This document shows, one piece after another, positions 9,266 through 19,255 of a stretch of 64,000 bases of DNA. Numbering within the stretch: position 1 is the first letter of the stretch; each line of letters starts with the position of its first letter. The translations under genes were made by a program, and so were the position numbers. The notes beneath the pieces are model-generated. The model ran no database searches. It saw only the letters and a program-made list of their open reading frames with translations, and was not told the origin of the DNA. This DNA is from Christensenellaceae bacterium (lineage in GTDB: Bacteria > Bacillota > Clostridia > Christensenellales > DTU072), in NCBI GenBank assembly GCA_031259965.1, contig JAIRKT010000109.1, positions 64 through 64,063 of the forward strand, in the 5' to 3' direction.

Positions 9266-10423
9266 TTAGTTTTTTCGTTTATATTTTAAATGTTGTTTAT
9301 CATTAATTGGTTTTTTTGAGGCAGGAGTTTTTTTATTTTGCATAGATTGTTTTTTAAGTGCCTCCTGTTGCACATGTTGTAATAGTGGAATAATTATGTT
9401 TTCGGATAAATAGTCTGAATAATTAACAAACATAAGAGCATAAAATGAGAATCCTATGAGTGATAAAACAGCCATGACAGCAACCATACCAAAATTTCCA
9501 GTAAACATAATACCAAAAGGCAATAGCAACATTACAACTAATAAAAAGCTTGTGAAATAGAATGAAATTGTAAAAACAAAGGCATTTCTTAGTTTATGTC
9601 GAATTTTCATCTTGTATGTTGCAACTAAAGGTATGAGATTAACAAATACCATAGAAGAAAAAATCATAATTATGATACCCAACACCAAACCAAAATAGTG
9701 GCCAACATTCAGTGTATCAAGATAGAAATTTTGAACAAACAAGACGATTAAACTAGCACAGCCACCTAGAATTATTCCAAATACTGTAAAATACAAGCAA
9801 CTTTCTTTCCAAAATAATTTTACACCACGAAAAAACTCAACCCCCATACGCGGGATATCATTAATTAATTTTTTGTCTTTCTTTGTAATAAAACTCTCAC
9901 CCCATATCATTTTGGATGAAACATAAAGGAGTCCTGAAAAACCGATTCCAAAAATTGGTATGGTTGCAACTATACCCAGAATTAGATAATAATATGGGAC
10001 CATCATTTCGCTTTGGATTTCTCCCACATTAACACCAGCCGACAAACCAATTCCAAAAGATGAAAGAATGTAAGGCTCATTCATAGATTTAAGCATATAG
10101 AGGATTCGCTCAGCGCCTAGGGAGAAGAAAACCAACAGGACTGCTAATAAAGGAATAATAAACAAAAAGGATGCAACATTCGAAAAAAGCATTCCAGATG
10201 TGTTAGATCTTAGTGTATCAAAAAATCGTTTAATTCTTCCATTAGGATACTTGCCTTTAGCAGGCTCATTTCGTGCTTCTGTAACAAGCGTTAAATACCT
10301 TATTAATTTAACAAGCAGCATGCCCTTTTCATTTTTTTCATTAGACCCCACTCGAGGTTTACCTCCAAAACTATTATTTATAAACTCATAAGAGACCGAA
10401 CGTGCGCACCAGAATTTTGTCAT
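9266..10423 (-). CDS. multi-pass membrane protein (possibly DUF624/YesL-like)
   Basis: Several hydrophobic segments. 'RFFDTLRSNTSGMLFSNVASFLFIIPLL' resembles the YesL-type N-terminus. The true start is uncertain, since an internal Met could be used. It neighbours a glycosidase gene. Confidence 0.5.
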   Translation of the reverse strand: MTKFWCARSVSYEFINNSFGGKPRVGSNEKNEKGMLLVKLIRYLTLVTEARNEPAKGKYPNGRIKRFFDTLRSNTSGMLFSNVASFLFIIPLLAVLLVFFSLGAERILYMLKSMNEPYILSSFGIGLSAGVNVGEIQSEMMVPYYYLILGIVATIPIFGIGFSGLLYVSSKMIWGESFITKKDKKLINDIPRMGVEFFRGVKLFWKESCLYFTVFGIILGGCASLIVLFVQNFYLDTLNVGHYFGLVLGIIIMIFSSMVFVNLIPLVATYKMKIRHKLRNAFVFTISFYFTSFLLVVMLLLPFGIMFTGNFGMVAVMAVLSLIGFSFYALMFVNYSDYLSENIIIPLLQHVQQEALKKQSMQNKKTPASKKPINDKQHLKYKRKN

Positions 10424-10997
10424 TCATGTTAAAAACATTGAAACCAACACTAAATTTTAGGATTCATTAATTATTGTGCATATAGACTGCATAGATGCTG
10501 GGTATGTTTTTTGGCATGCAAATGTGCAAATAATTAAATGAATATAGAAAGCTATGTCTAGTTTAATGTTGAACTACAATCCTTGTTTGAAAGCTACAAG
10601 TAAAATAGCTATTTATAAAAAACACAAGTATATTGCTCGAATATAAGGAAGGTTTGGTCTTTATAAATAATACAATTAACGAAAGTGCTTCAATCAACAA
10701 ATATTAAATGCTAGCAACATAAATAAATATATACTATTTTGCTAATATTGTCAAGAATATTAAAGATGGTATAATGTGCGAGTTTTATGGTATTTGAAAT
10801 TAGAATTGATTTAATGTGTTTGTAATGCTGCATCCAGATTTAAAGCAAAATCAAATAGCCAAACGCGAATAACGCACAAATAGTAAACCAAACATGTGCA
10901 AAAGGCCTGCGATAATTAGACAAACATTTATTAGCAGGAGTTTCAAAGTTTGATATCATTCCGTTCAGATCATTTAGGTCTATAATTTACATGTAAA

Positions 10998-13900
10998 TCA
11001 ATAGATTATTTTATCATCCGATATTGCGGAAAAAGGAACTATTTTAAACTCATTAACATATTCTTTATAAGGATTTAAAAGGTAAGAATCATTCAATTTA
11101 GGGCCGCAGCTATTTGATCCAATCCCACTTACATCGCTATCGATATTTACATAAACAAAATTCTGAGGTATAACATCCTCAACATGCGAACACTCAGCGA
11201 GTGAAAAATCATCAATGCGTTTGGCTGTAAAATTAAAAGGTTTATTTTCTGCTAATATCATTAACCCATCGCCGTGGTTGTTTCTAAAAACAACAAAGCG
11301 AGTTTCAGATCTATTTCCACTTTCTTGTGGCCTTATATATGGTTGCAAAAAGTCGTCAACAGAACATCTGTATATGCCGATTCTTGATTGATCTTTGAAA
11401 TCTGAATAGTTTTCTAGCTCACCATTCCCATAATAAATTACGTCCTCAAACTCGCGTTTTAGGATTAGTACTTTTCCTGCTCGAGGCAGAGGCGGTAATT
11501 TTTTTAGCTTCTTATCATTATTATCAACATCCTTAATCGGATTTATTGTGCTTTTTATTGAAATAATGCCATTAGTAGTTATTTTGATTTCATCGACAGA
11601 TTCGAATATAGCAATCCCATCAGTTTTGATATATGTTTTGATAATAATCATGGCATGGTTATCTACTATATCGTAACTAGTTAAAATTGATATAGGATAA
11701 GTCTTATTATACCCTGCCAGTTCCCAATCTTTTTTTAATTCTTTATCGTTGTCAGTTGGCGCTCTGAAAATGTTAGAATATAATGATCCAGAGGTTTGAA
11801 ATCTGTCAGGGATAATTGGCAAATAATTAACACCATTGACACAATATTCTGTTAATATTCCATAAAGTGAATTAAATATAACATGCCCACCAGAAAATTT
11901 AATCGTTAAAATATCACGCTCTTCTGTAATAGTTAATCCGAAATCAGAGGGTAATTGTTTTAAATTAATTTTGAAAGGTGTCTCAGATAAGCGCAACTGT
12001 TCAAATGCGATTTTTGTATTACCATCATAATAATCTAAATTAATAAACATATCTCCATCAGGATCATCGAGCAGCAAATTGAATCGCTCACTGCCTCTTG
12101 GTGGGATGTTTAAGGTGGTTTCAAAGTCAGCAATTTTTTGTGAATCTTTTAAAACAAGCCCTTTAATTGTAATATATTCTGATGATCTAAATGAATTGTG
12201 ATTAGTAACTTCAATCACACCGCGTTTATCTACTAATTGTGCTCTGAGCGGTCTGTATACGTTTTTGATTGCATAAGCACCTGTGTGTGGTGTTCTATCA
12301 GGATAAAACAAACCATCCGCACAAAAATTAGAGTCGTGGGTGTATTCACCATGATCGCCGCCATATGTGTATAAGTACTTAGCATTTTCATTGCGTATAG
12401 CGTGATCCGCAAATTCCCACACGAAAGCACCGAGGAATTTATCATTCGCATAAATTAGTTTCCAATAGGGTTCAACACCACCAGGGCCCAGGCCCATGGC
12501 ATGTGAATATTCACATAGCATGTAGGGTTTAGAAACGAAAGCTTTCTTTCGTTTTCGAGTAATTTTTTCTGTGCCTTTAAGTAAGTTTTCAATTCTTGCA
12601 ACACCTGGATACATTTCAGAAATTACATCAAGACCAAATTCCTGGGAGTTACAAATGCCTTCATAATGAACACTCAAAGGAGTTAAATTCTTGAGTTTGT
12701 AATAACAATAATAGTGACATTTAGAGCCTCCCGATTCATTGCCTAGTGACCAAAGTGTTATAGAACAAGAATTTTTATCCCGATGAAAAAGACGAGAAAC
12801 TCTATCCCAAAAATGATCTTTCCATTTAAGGTTATTACTAATTTTAGATGATGGAGCACCATGAGATTCAATGTCAGCTTCATCTATTACGTAAAGTCCG
12901 TATCTATCGCATAATTCAATAAAAAGCGGATCGGGTGGGTAGTGTGATGTTCTTACTGCATTTATATTGAAATGTTTCATTAAAAGAATATCTTTTTGAA
13001 TATCTTCAGGCGTTAAATAGAAACCATTATCAGGCGAGTTGTCATGGTGATTAACACCCTTCAATTTAATTTTTCTGTCATTATAAAAGAAAATCCCATT
13101 TTGGATTTTTGTGGTTTTGAATCCTATATCTTTCTTTATAGACTCAACTACATCGCCATCTTTTAATAACGTTAAAATAAGCGAATATAGCGTTGGTTGT
13201 TCCGCATTCCATTCTATAACTTTTAAATCATCAAGTACTATTTTTGTCTCGGCGGTAGCAAAAACTTCACGCTCGGCTAAAAACACGCCATTGTCAAAAA
13301 GTGTCGCTTTTAAACGATATCCAGCAAAATTCTTAATGCTAACAGAAATTTGAAGATTATAACTATTTTCATTTCGTATGATTATATTTTCAAAATCATA
13401 TATATAGGTTTCATCCTGTTCAAACAATAATACATCTCTAAATATGCCTGTATGTCTAAACATATCTTGATCCTCAAGATAAGAACCATTACACCATTTG
13501 TATACGAGACATACTATTTCATTAGCACCTTCTACTAAAAAATCTGAAATATCAAATTCAGATGTATTATGTGAACCCTCACCATAACCCACGTATTCAC
13601 CATTTATATATAATTCAATACATGGTGCAACGCCTAGGAATGAAAGGATACGTTTTTTTTGTAAATTTCTTATGTTTATAAAACGTCTATAAACACCAAC
13701 ACTATTGTACTGTGTATCGCCTACCTCATAAACATAACCATTAATGTCTTTACTATAAGTGCCAGCAGGTTTAGATTTTGGAACACTTGGCACATTTACA
13801 GGGAATGGGTATTTTACGTTAGAATAGACAGGTGGCTCATACCCATATTTAAACCAACAGGATGGAATAGATATTTTGTCAAAATCAAGATCATCGCTAT

Positions 13901-14120
13901 CAAAAGTTGTAGGGAGATCCTTAATTTTGCGAAAATATTTGAAATCCCATTCGCCATTAAGAACGATTACTTTATCACTGGTATAGCGTTTGTTTTCAGG
14001 AGTGGCAGAAGCTGCTGCCAGTTCCGTAGAAAATGGAATAAAATAACTTCTGGGCGGGAGTCTGTTATCTTCGAAAATTCCAAAATTAGAAAAATTAGAC
14101 TTCTTAAAATTATATTTCAT
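10998..14120 (-). CDS. lacZ: GH2 beta-galactosidase
   Basis: 'NGEWDFKYF', 'GVNHHD', 'RTSHYPPDP', 'WSLGNESG' and 'CEYSHAMG'. A GGAGG RBS favours the ATG at 14120 over the ORF-track start at 14138. Confidence 0.92.
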   Translation of the reverse strand: MKYNFKKSNFSNFGIFEDNRLPPRSYFIPFSTELAAASATPENKRYTSDKVIVLNGEWDFKYFRKIKDLPTTFDSDDLDFDKISIPSCWFKYGYEPPVYSNVKYPFPVNVPSVPKSKPAGTYSKDINGYVYEVGDTQYNSVGVYRRFINIRNLQKKRILSFLGVAPCIELYINGEYVGYGEGSHNTSEFDISDFLVEGANEIVCLVYKWCNGSYLEDQDMFRHTGIFRDVLLFEQDETYIYDFENIIIRNENSYNLQISVSIKNFAGYRLKATLFDNGVFLAEREVFATAETKIVLDDLKVIEWNAEQPTLYSLILTLLKDGDVVESIKKDIGFKTTKIQNGIFFYNDRKIKLKGVNHHDNSPDNGFYLTPEDIQKDILLMKHFNINAVRTSHYPPDPLFIELCDRYGLYVIDEADIESHGAPSSKISNNLKWKDHFWDRVSRLFHRDKNSCSITLWSLGNESGGSKCHYYCYYKLKNLTPLSVHYEGICNSQEFGLDVISEMYPGVARIENLLKGTEKITRKRKKAFVSKPYMLCEYSHAMGLGPGGVEPYWKLIYANDKFLGAFVWEFADHAIRNENAKYLYTYGGDHGEYTHDSNFCADGLFYPDRTPHTGAYAIKNVYRPLRAQLVDKRGVIEVTNHNSFRSSEYITIKGLVLKDSQKIADFETTLNIPPRGSERFNLLLDDPDGDMFINLDYYDGNTKIAFEQLRLSETPFKINLKQLPSDFGLTITEERDILTIKFSGGHVIFNSLYGILTEYCVNGVNYLPIIPDRFQTSGSLYSNIFRAPTDNDKELKKDWELAGYNKTYPISILTSYDIVDNHAMIIIKTYIKTDGIAIFESVDEIKITTNGIISIKSTINPIKDVDNNDKKLKKLPPLPRAGKVLILKREFEDVIYYGNGELENYSDFKDQSRIGIYRCSVDDFLQPYIRPQESGNRSETRFVVFRNNHGDGLMILAENKPFNFTAKRIDDFSLAECSHVEDVIPQNFVYVNIDSDVSGIGSNSCGPKLNDSYLLNPYKEYVNEFKIVPFSAISDDKIIY

Positions 14121-14622
14121 TTTTCCTCCGTTAGACATTAATTTGTGTATTCAAAATATTTATGAATGCAATACAACAATTAATTTGCATGTCTAGAGTT
14201 TGCACAAAACGATAAATATTAATTATAAAATTATAGCATTTAAAATGAATTTTTGCAATACAGAGTGTGAAATTTGTATTATTAAAAGTCCACAAAAGCA
14301 AATTAATAAGTAATGATAAGAATTTATATACAAATAATGATTCAATAACTAAATCCAGTAAAAGTTGAATGAAAATTTATAATGCTAACCAAAAAAAATA
14401 TTTTATCAGCCTAAATTTATGATAAGTGGTTTTTAATCTATGCAATTAAAACAATATGATGCTTTAATAGTAAACAATTAGCAAATTCAAAATGCGAATG
14501 CATATAAAATTACTTAACATTTTCAGATTAATGGTATAAAATATTACGATTTTAAAATAAGGTTTATATTAACCAAAAACAATACTATGAAAAAATTGGG
14601 AGTTTATCGTTAAGGGGACAAA

Positions 14623-16188
14623 ATGAAATTTGAAATAATCAGATCATTTAGAGGATACAAGCGAACTAATCTTGTTAAGGATCTGACAGCGGGTTTAATG
14701 GTAGCGGTTGTCGCTATGCCATTATCGATAGCACTAGGTATACAATCTAGTGTTACATTGCAAGCGGGATTGATAACCGCAATTATTGGTGGATTTTGCA
14801 TATCAGCTTTTGGTGGGAGCAGATTTTCAATAGGTGGGCCTAGTGCCACATTTGTAGTTGTCACAGTGAGTTATGTTAATAATCCAACTATAGGAATAAG
14901 TGGTCTTGTTATAATTACAATGTGCGCAGGTGTATTACTGATTGGGTTTGGATTAATACATATTGGAAAGGCATTAAAATTTGTACCATACCCTTTGGTA
15001 ATAGGTTTTACAGCTGGCATAGGTGTGATTCTCTTAGCAGGGCAGATAAAGGATTTTCTAGGGCTTACTATAGTTAATGCCAGTGTTGATTTTATTCCGA
15101 AGTTAAGTGGATGTTTAACAAGCATAGGTACATTTAACATAGTTACTTTTATGCTTGCATTTTTAACACTGGCAATTATATATTTGTTGCCTAGAATAAA
15201 CAAAAAAATACCATCTGTTATAATTTCAATTATTATAGTTACAACTATTTCAATAGTTTTGAAAGCTATTTTAACTGATAAAATAGAAGTTAAAACAATT
15301 GGATCCACGTATGGCACAATAAAAGCAGATATAGAAACAATGTCTAATCTTTCTTTCGACAATGTTGAGTGGAAATCTTTAATAATACCTATTTTTACTA
15401 TAGCTATATTATCTGCACTCGAGGGTTTAATGTCTGCTACTGTAGCAGAGGGAATGACAAATCGAATATATGATCCTAATGCAGAATTAGTAGGGCACGG
15501 CATTGCAAATATTATGAGTGGTTTTTTCTGTGGACTCCCAGTTACTGGTGCTCTGGCACGTACATCAGTTAATATAAGCGGCGGGGCCAAATCACCATTG
15601 GCAGGCGTTTCACATTCGCTTATTTTGCTAATAATGTTTTTTCTATTTATGCCAATAATGAAATTCATCCCTTTTTGTGTTTTATCAGCAGTTTTAGTAA
15701 AGGTTGCAATAAACATGAGTAGATTTAAACTAGTATTAAAATTTGCCTTATTTAGCGTGCGTGATTCAATAATACTAGCCACTTCCTTTTTATTTACCAT
15801 ATTTTTTGGTGTGCTTTTTGGGGTAGCTATTGGTTTAATATCAGCATTTGTTTTGAATATAGTAAATATAACAAGAGGGATCAAAATTATAAAGATTCCA
15901 GAAAAAACCACACTAAATAGTTTTTATTATCAATTAGATGGTGCACTTTGTTTTGTGAGTGTTGTAAAGGTTATTGAGTTTGTAAGAGAAAAAGTTAACA
16001 ATTGTGATGAAATTGTTTTGGATATGATTAACATAAAGGCAATAGATGCTACTTCTGTAGAAAGATTGGCTAAGTATTCTAAGATGTTTAAAGAAGGTGG
16101 GAAACGATTAAGACTTCTTAATTTAACAAATGCTGTTAGAAAAAGATATGAAAAAGCATTTAAAACACTTTCATTTTCCTGGAGATGA
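14623..16188 (+). CDS. SulP family inorganic anion transporter with C-terminal STAS domain
   Basis: 'DLTAGLMVAVVAMPLSIALG' and 'GGPSATFVVV', a polytopic core, and a C-terminal STAS-like 'LDMINIKAIDATSVERL'. Confidence 0.88.
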   Translation: MKFEIIRSFRGYKRTNLVKDLTAGLMVAVVAMPLSIALGIQSSVTLQAGLITAIIGGFCISAFGGSRFSIGGPSATFVVVTVSYVNNPTIGISGLVIITMCAGVLLIGFGLIHIGKALKFVPYPLVIGFTAGIGVILLAGQIKDFLGLTIVNASVDFIPKLSGCLTSIGTFNIVTFMLAFLTLAIIYLLPRINKKIPSVIISIIIVTTISIVLKAILTDKIEVKTIGSTYGTIKADIETMSNLSFDNVEWKSLIIPIFTIAILSALEGLMSATVAEGMTNRIYDPNAELVGHGIANIMSGFFCGLPVTGALARTSVNISGGAKSPLAGVSHSLILLIMFFLFMPIMKFIPFCVLSAVLVKVAINMSRFKLVLKFALFSVRDSIILATSFLFTIFFGVLFGVAIGLISAFVLNIVNITRGIKIIKIPEKTTLNSFYYQLDGALCFVSVVKVIEFVREKVNNCDEIVLDMINIKAIDATSVERLAKYSKMFKEGGKRLRLLNLTNAVRKRYEKAFKTLSFSWR

Positions 16189-16347
16189 AATTAGCAGTTT
16201 GGAGCAAAAAAATTAAGAGTGCATCTTGAAACTCAAAATTTTGTATAAAAAATTATTAGAGAACTTAATGCAAAAAAACACTTAGAAGTATTACTTTGAT
16301 TAGAGATAATCAATTGTTATATTAAACGTTATAATTGTTTTTGCCTC

Positions 16348-16376
16348 TTGATATACTTGCAAATGAGTGATATAAT
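16348..16376 (+). promoter_or_regulatory. sigma-A type promoter upstream of the alpha/beta hydrolase gene
   Basis: TTGATA-17 nt-TATAAT. Confidence 0.5.
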
Positions 16377-16448
16377 TAAAGAGCAAAAAATTAAATCTAA
16401 TTAATTTAATTTAATTTTAATCTACTATTATTTTTTTATTGGAGATTT

Positions 16449-17108
16449 ATGTTATTTGAAAACCGAGGGTTGTCTCTTTATTATGAAATAATTGGTGATG
16501 GTGCCAGAGATATAATATTTCTACATGGAAATGGTGAAGATAGTAGTATATTCAAAAGGATAGCAGAACAACTAGCTAAATTGTGCTTCAAAGTTTATTT
16601 GTTAGATAGTCGTGGTCACGGAAAATCGGAGAGGGTTCAAAAATTAAGTTATTATGATATGGCCTGCGATCTTTTAGAATTTATAAAATACTTAAAAATT
16701 CAAAAACCTTTAGTTTATGGATTTTCAGATGGTGGGATTGTAGCATTACTAGCAGTAATAATCAATGAGACATTTATAAACAAGATATTAGTAAGTGGGA
16801 TAAATCTCAATCCAAATGGGTTAAAGTTGCGAGTAAGAATACCAATGTGGTGTAAATATATTTTTACAAAAAACGACATGTTAAAACTAATGTTAACCCA
16901 ACCCAATATAGGGATAAATGATTTAAAAAAAATTAAAGCACAGGTGGTTGTTTTTTTAGCGCAACATGACATGGTAAGGCGTGGACATTCTAACGCAATA
17001 GTCAAGAATGTGCAAAATAGTAAAATTGTAATAGTAAATAATGAAAAACACCATACATATGTTTTAGATAATGACAAATTATTAGCTGTTATAAAAGATT
17101 ATTTGTAA
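16449..17108 (+). CDS. alpha/beta hydrolase
   Basis: 'IIFLHGNGEDS', 'DSRGHGKS' and the nucleophile elbow 'GFSDGG'. Confidence 0.8.
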   Translation: MLFENRGLSLYYEIIGDGARDIIFLHGNGEDSSIFKRIAEQLAKLCFKVYLLDSRGHGKSERVQKLSYYDMACDLLEFIKYLKIQKPLVYGFSDGGIVALLAVIINETFINKILVSGINLNPNGLKLRVRIPMWCKYIFTKNDMLKLMLTQPNIGINDLKKIKAQVVVFLAQHDMVRRGHSNAIVKNVQNSKIVIVNNEKHHTYVLDNDKLLAVIKDYL

Positions 17109-17568
17109 ATTGCAGATTAGTTAATGGAGTTTAAGTTTATTGTAATTACCTTATTTTAATAAACTCTTGATAACGATGCTTTTTAATGTATAACAGTATT
17201 AAAGCTGCTCCTAATTGATGAGGCATAATAAATTTTAAAGGATACAATGTCGCATATTCCAAGATGAGTGCTGCTTTTAAGATGTTAGAATTTAAGCATG
17301 ATCAGAGTTCAGTTTATATTTAAAGTTAATTATCAGAGCAAGTGGTCTATGACAACGATTGAATCTAAGATTTGGATAGTTTGTATAATTTTAAATAAAG
17401 TTTGTAGATATTGTAGATTTAAGTCTATAAACCTATCAAAGTACTATGGTATAAAAGATAAAAAGTTTAATGTTTCCTTTTGAAAACAAACAAAATTATT
17501 GTATAATTATAGTGACTCGTTTGCAATACGAGAGATAGCAATATTAAAATATACAGGATTATTTTTTA

Positions 17569-18831
17569 ATGGGAAAAATTATTAAATTTAAAAGTGGGTT
17601 AAGGTTAATTTTAAATACAAACACTAAAACAAAAAGTGTTTCTGTGGGTGTTTATGTTGCAACTGGTAGTGCTTTTGAGAGCTTAGAGTTAAACGGAATA
17701 TCACATTTCATAGAGCATATGTTGTTTAAAGGAACAACCAAGCGAACAGCTTTAGAGATAGCAGAAGAAATGGAATCAATAGGCGCACAAATTAACGCGT
17801 TTACTGGGCGAATGACAACTGCTTATTATACATCTTCTTTAGGCGAACATATCGAAAACTGTATAGATGTTTTGTCTGATATGTTTTTTAATTCAACACT
17901 AACTACGGAAAATATCCAAAAGGAACAAAAAGTAGTATTAGAAGAGATAAGCATGTGTGAAGATGAACCACAATCACTTTGTCATGATTTATTTTTTCTA
18001 GCGCATTATGGTTTCCAGTCTATGGGATTGCCTATTTTAGGCAGTAAAGAGTTAGTTTCATCTCTAACTAGGGAAAAGTTAATTGATTATATCAAAGGGT
18101 GTTATTTTCCTGATGGGATTGTAATCTCAATAGCAGGCAATGTAAAAAAAGATGATGCAATAAAACTAGTTGAAAAGTATTTTGAAAGCAATTTAGAAAA
18201 GTCAGACAAAAAATTGACAAGGTTGCCAAACATCAAAATTAAAGAAGGCAGAATCTTGGAAAAAATTAAACCAATTGAACAATCACATATAGCATTTACA
18301 TTTCCTGCTCTAAAGAATAAAGCAAAACAAATGTCAGCAGAAAACGTTTTATCAAACATACTAGGTGGAGGTATGTCATCTAGACTTTTTCAAAAAATAC
18401 GTGAGGAGTTGGGTTTAGTGTATGATGTTTTTTCTACTACATACACATCGCCAGAAAATGGGATGTTTGTTGTTTATCTAGCAACAAACCCAAAAAACAT
18501 TGAAGAAGCGGTTGGTTTGGTTAAACAAGTACTGACAGAGATTCTAGAAAGTGGAATAACAGAAGCGGAATTAAAGAAGGGGAAGGAACAAATCAAAACT
18601 GGATTAGTTTTGGGAGTGGAGAGTTCAACTGCGTTAATGCGAATAGCGGCAGATCGTTTGCTATATGATCGTGAAAATTTTAATCTTAGAAAACACTATG
18701 ATGAAGTAAACAATGTAAAATTAGACGAGGTGAATGAAGTAGCTAGAAAAATTTTTGATTTTAAAAAAGTTTCAGTGGCGTATGTCGGTCCAAAAACAGA
18801 TGTTGATATATTTAGCATAATTAAGGCTTGA
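17569..18831 (+). CDS. M16 family (pitrilysin/insulinase-like) zinc peptidase
   Basis: The inverted zinc motif 'HFIEHMLFKGT' (HxxEH), and 420 aa is a typical length. Confidence 0.88.
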   Translation: MGKIIKFKSGLRLILNTNTKTKSVSVGVYVATGSAFESLELNGISHFIEHMLFKGTTKRTALEIAEEMESIGAQINAFTGRMTTAYYTSSLGEHIENCIDVLSDMFFNSTLTTENIQKEQKVVLEEISMCEDEPQSLCHDLFFLAHYGFQSMGLPILGSKELVSSLTREKLIDYIKGCYFPDGIVISIAGNVKKDDAIKLVEKYFESNLEKSDKKLTRLPNIKIKEGRILEKIKPIEQSHIAFTFPALKNKAKQMSAENVLSNILGGGMSSRLFQKIREELGLVYDVFSTTYTSPENGMFVVYLATNPKNIEEAVGLVKQVLTEILESGITEAELKKGKEQIKTGLVLGVESSTALMRIAADRLLYDRENFNLRKHYDEVNNVKLDEVNEVARKIFDFKKVSVAYVGPKTDVDIFSIIKA

Positions 18832-18862
18832 CAAAAAGAGAAAAAAGGTAGACAATAGTATT

Positions 18863-19255
18863 ATGGATAGAGATAAATTAGATGTAATATTCGAATTGCA
18901 ATCCAAGTTTGATAACGATGTAATTGAAAAACGAGGACTGCAGAATATTACACCGGCAGAGTGGATACAAAAAGAAGCACTTGCAATCTTATCAGAATTG
19001 GCTGAACTCATAAGTGAAGTTAATTTTAAATGGTGGAAAAACCCAAAAGAAATAAATTTTGATAATGTAAAGGAAGAGTTAATAGATATTTTGCATTTTC
19101 TTACAAGTTCGTGTATAAAAGTAGGTATGGATTCTCAAGAAACATATGCAAGGTATATAGAAAAGAATAAAGAAAATTTTAATCGTCAGTATGGGAAATC
19201 AAACAAAGCTGGGTATGAAATGGGTGAATTAAATTCTCCGCCCGGCACAGAGTGA
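18863..19255 (+). CDS. dimeric dUTPase-like all-alpha NTP pyrophosphohydrolase
   Basis: 'ALAILSELAELISEVNFKWWKNPKE...EELIDILHFL' matches the dUTPase_2/MazG-like pattern. Confidence 0.6.
   Translation: MDRDKLDVIFELQSKFDNDVIEKRGLQNITPAEWIQKEALAILSELAELISEVNFKWWKNPKEINFDNVKEELIDILHFLTSSCIKVGMDSQETYARYIEKNKENFNRQYGKSNKAGYEMGELNSPPGTE

Noticed and set aside
10747-10775. + strand TTGTCA-16-TATAAT promoter-like element pointing into the 3' end of lacZ.
   Set aside because: No + strand gene lies downstream, and in DNA this AT-rich such hexamer pairs arise by chance. An antisense RNA is possible but unsupported.
10840-10959. 39-aa minus-strand ORF (MISNFETPANKCLSNYRRPFAHVWFTICALFAFGYLILL) between lacZ and the YesL-like gene.
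   Set aside because: It has one plausible TM helix, but the RBS is poor and it is very short. Without conservation or expression data it cannot be supported.
14871-15911. 346-aa ORF antisense to the SulP transporter gene.
   Set aside because: It lies entirely inside a well-supported gene on the opposite strand. It stays open only because Tyr, His and Gln codons are rare in the sense frame of this membrane protein. It has no RBS and its sequence is low-complexity, Ile/Pro/Thr-rich and not protein-like.
17298-17483. 61-aa ORF in the spacer before the M16 peptidase gene. The same applies to 27479..27691, 7236..7421 and 2070..2279.
   Set aside because: These are AT-rich spacer ORFs with no RBS and implausible, Lys/Ile/Phe/Cys-rich composition.
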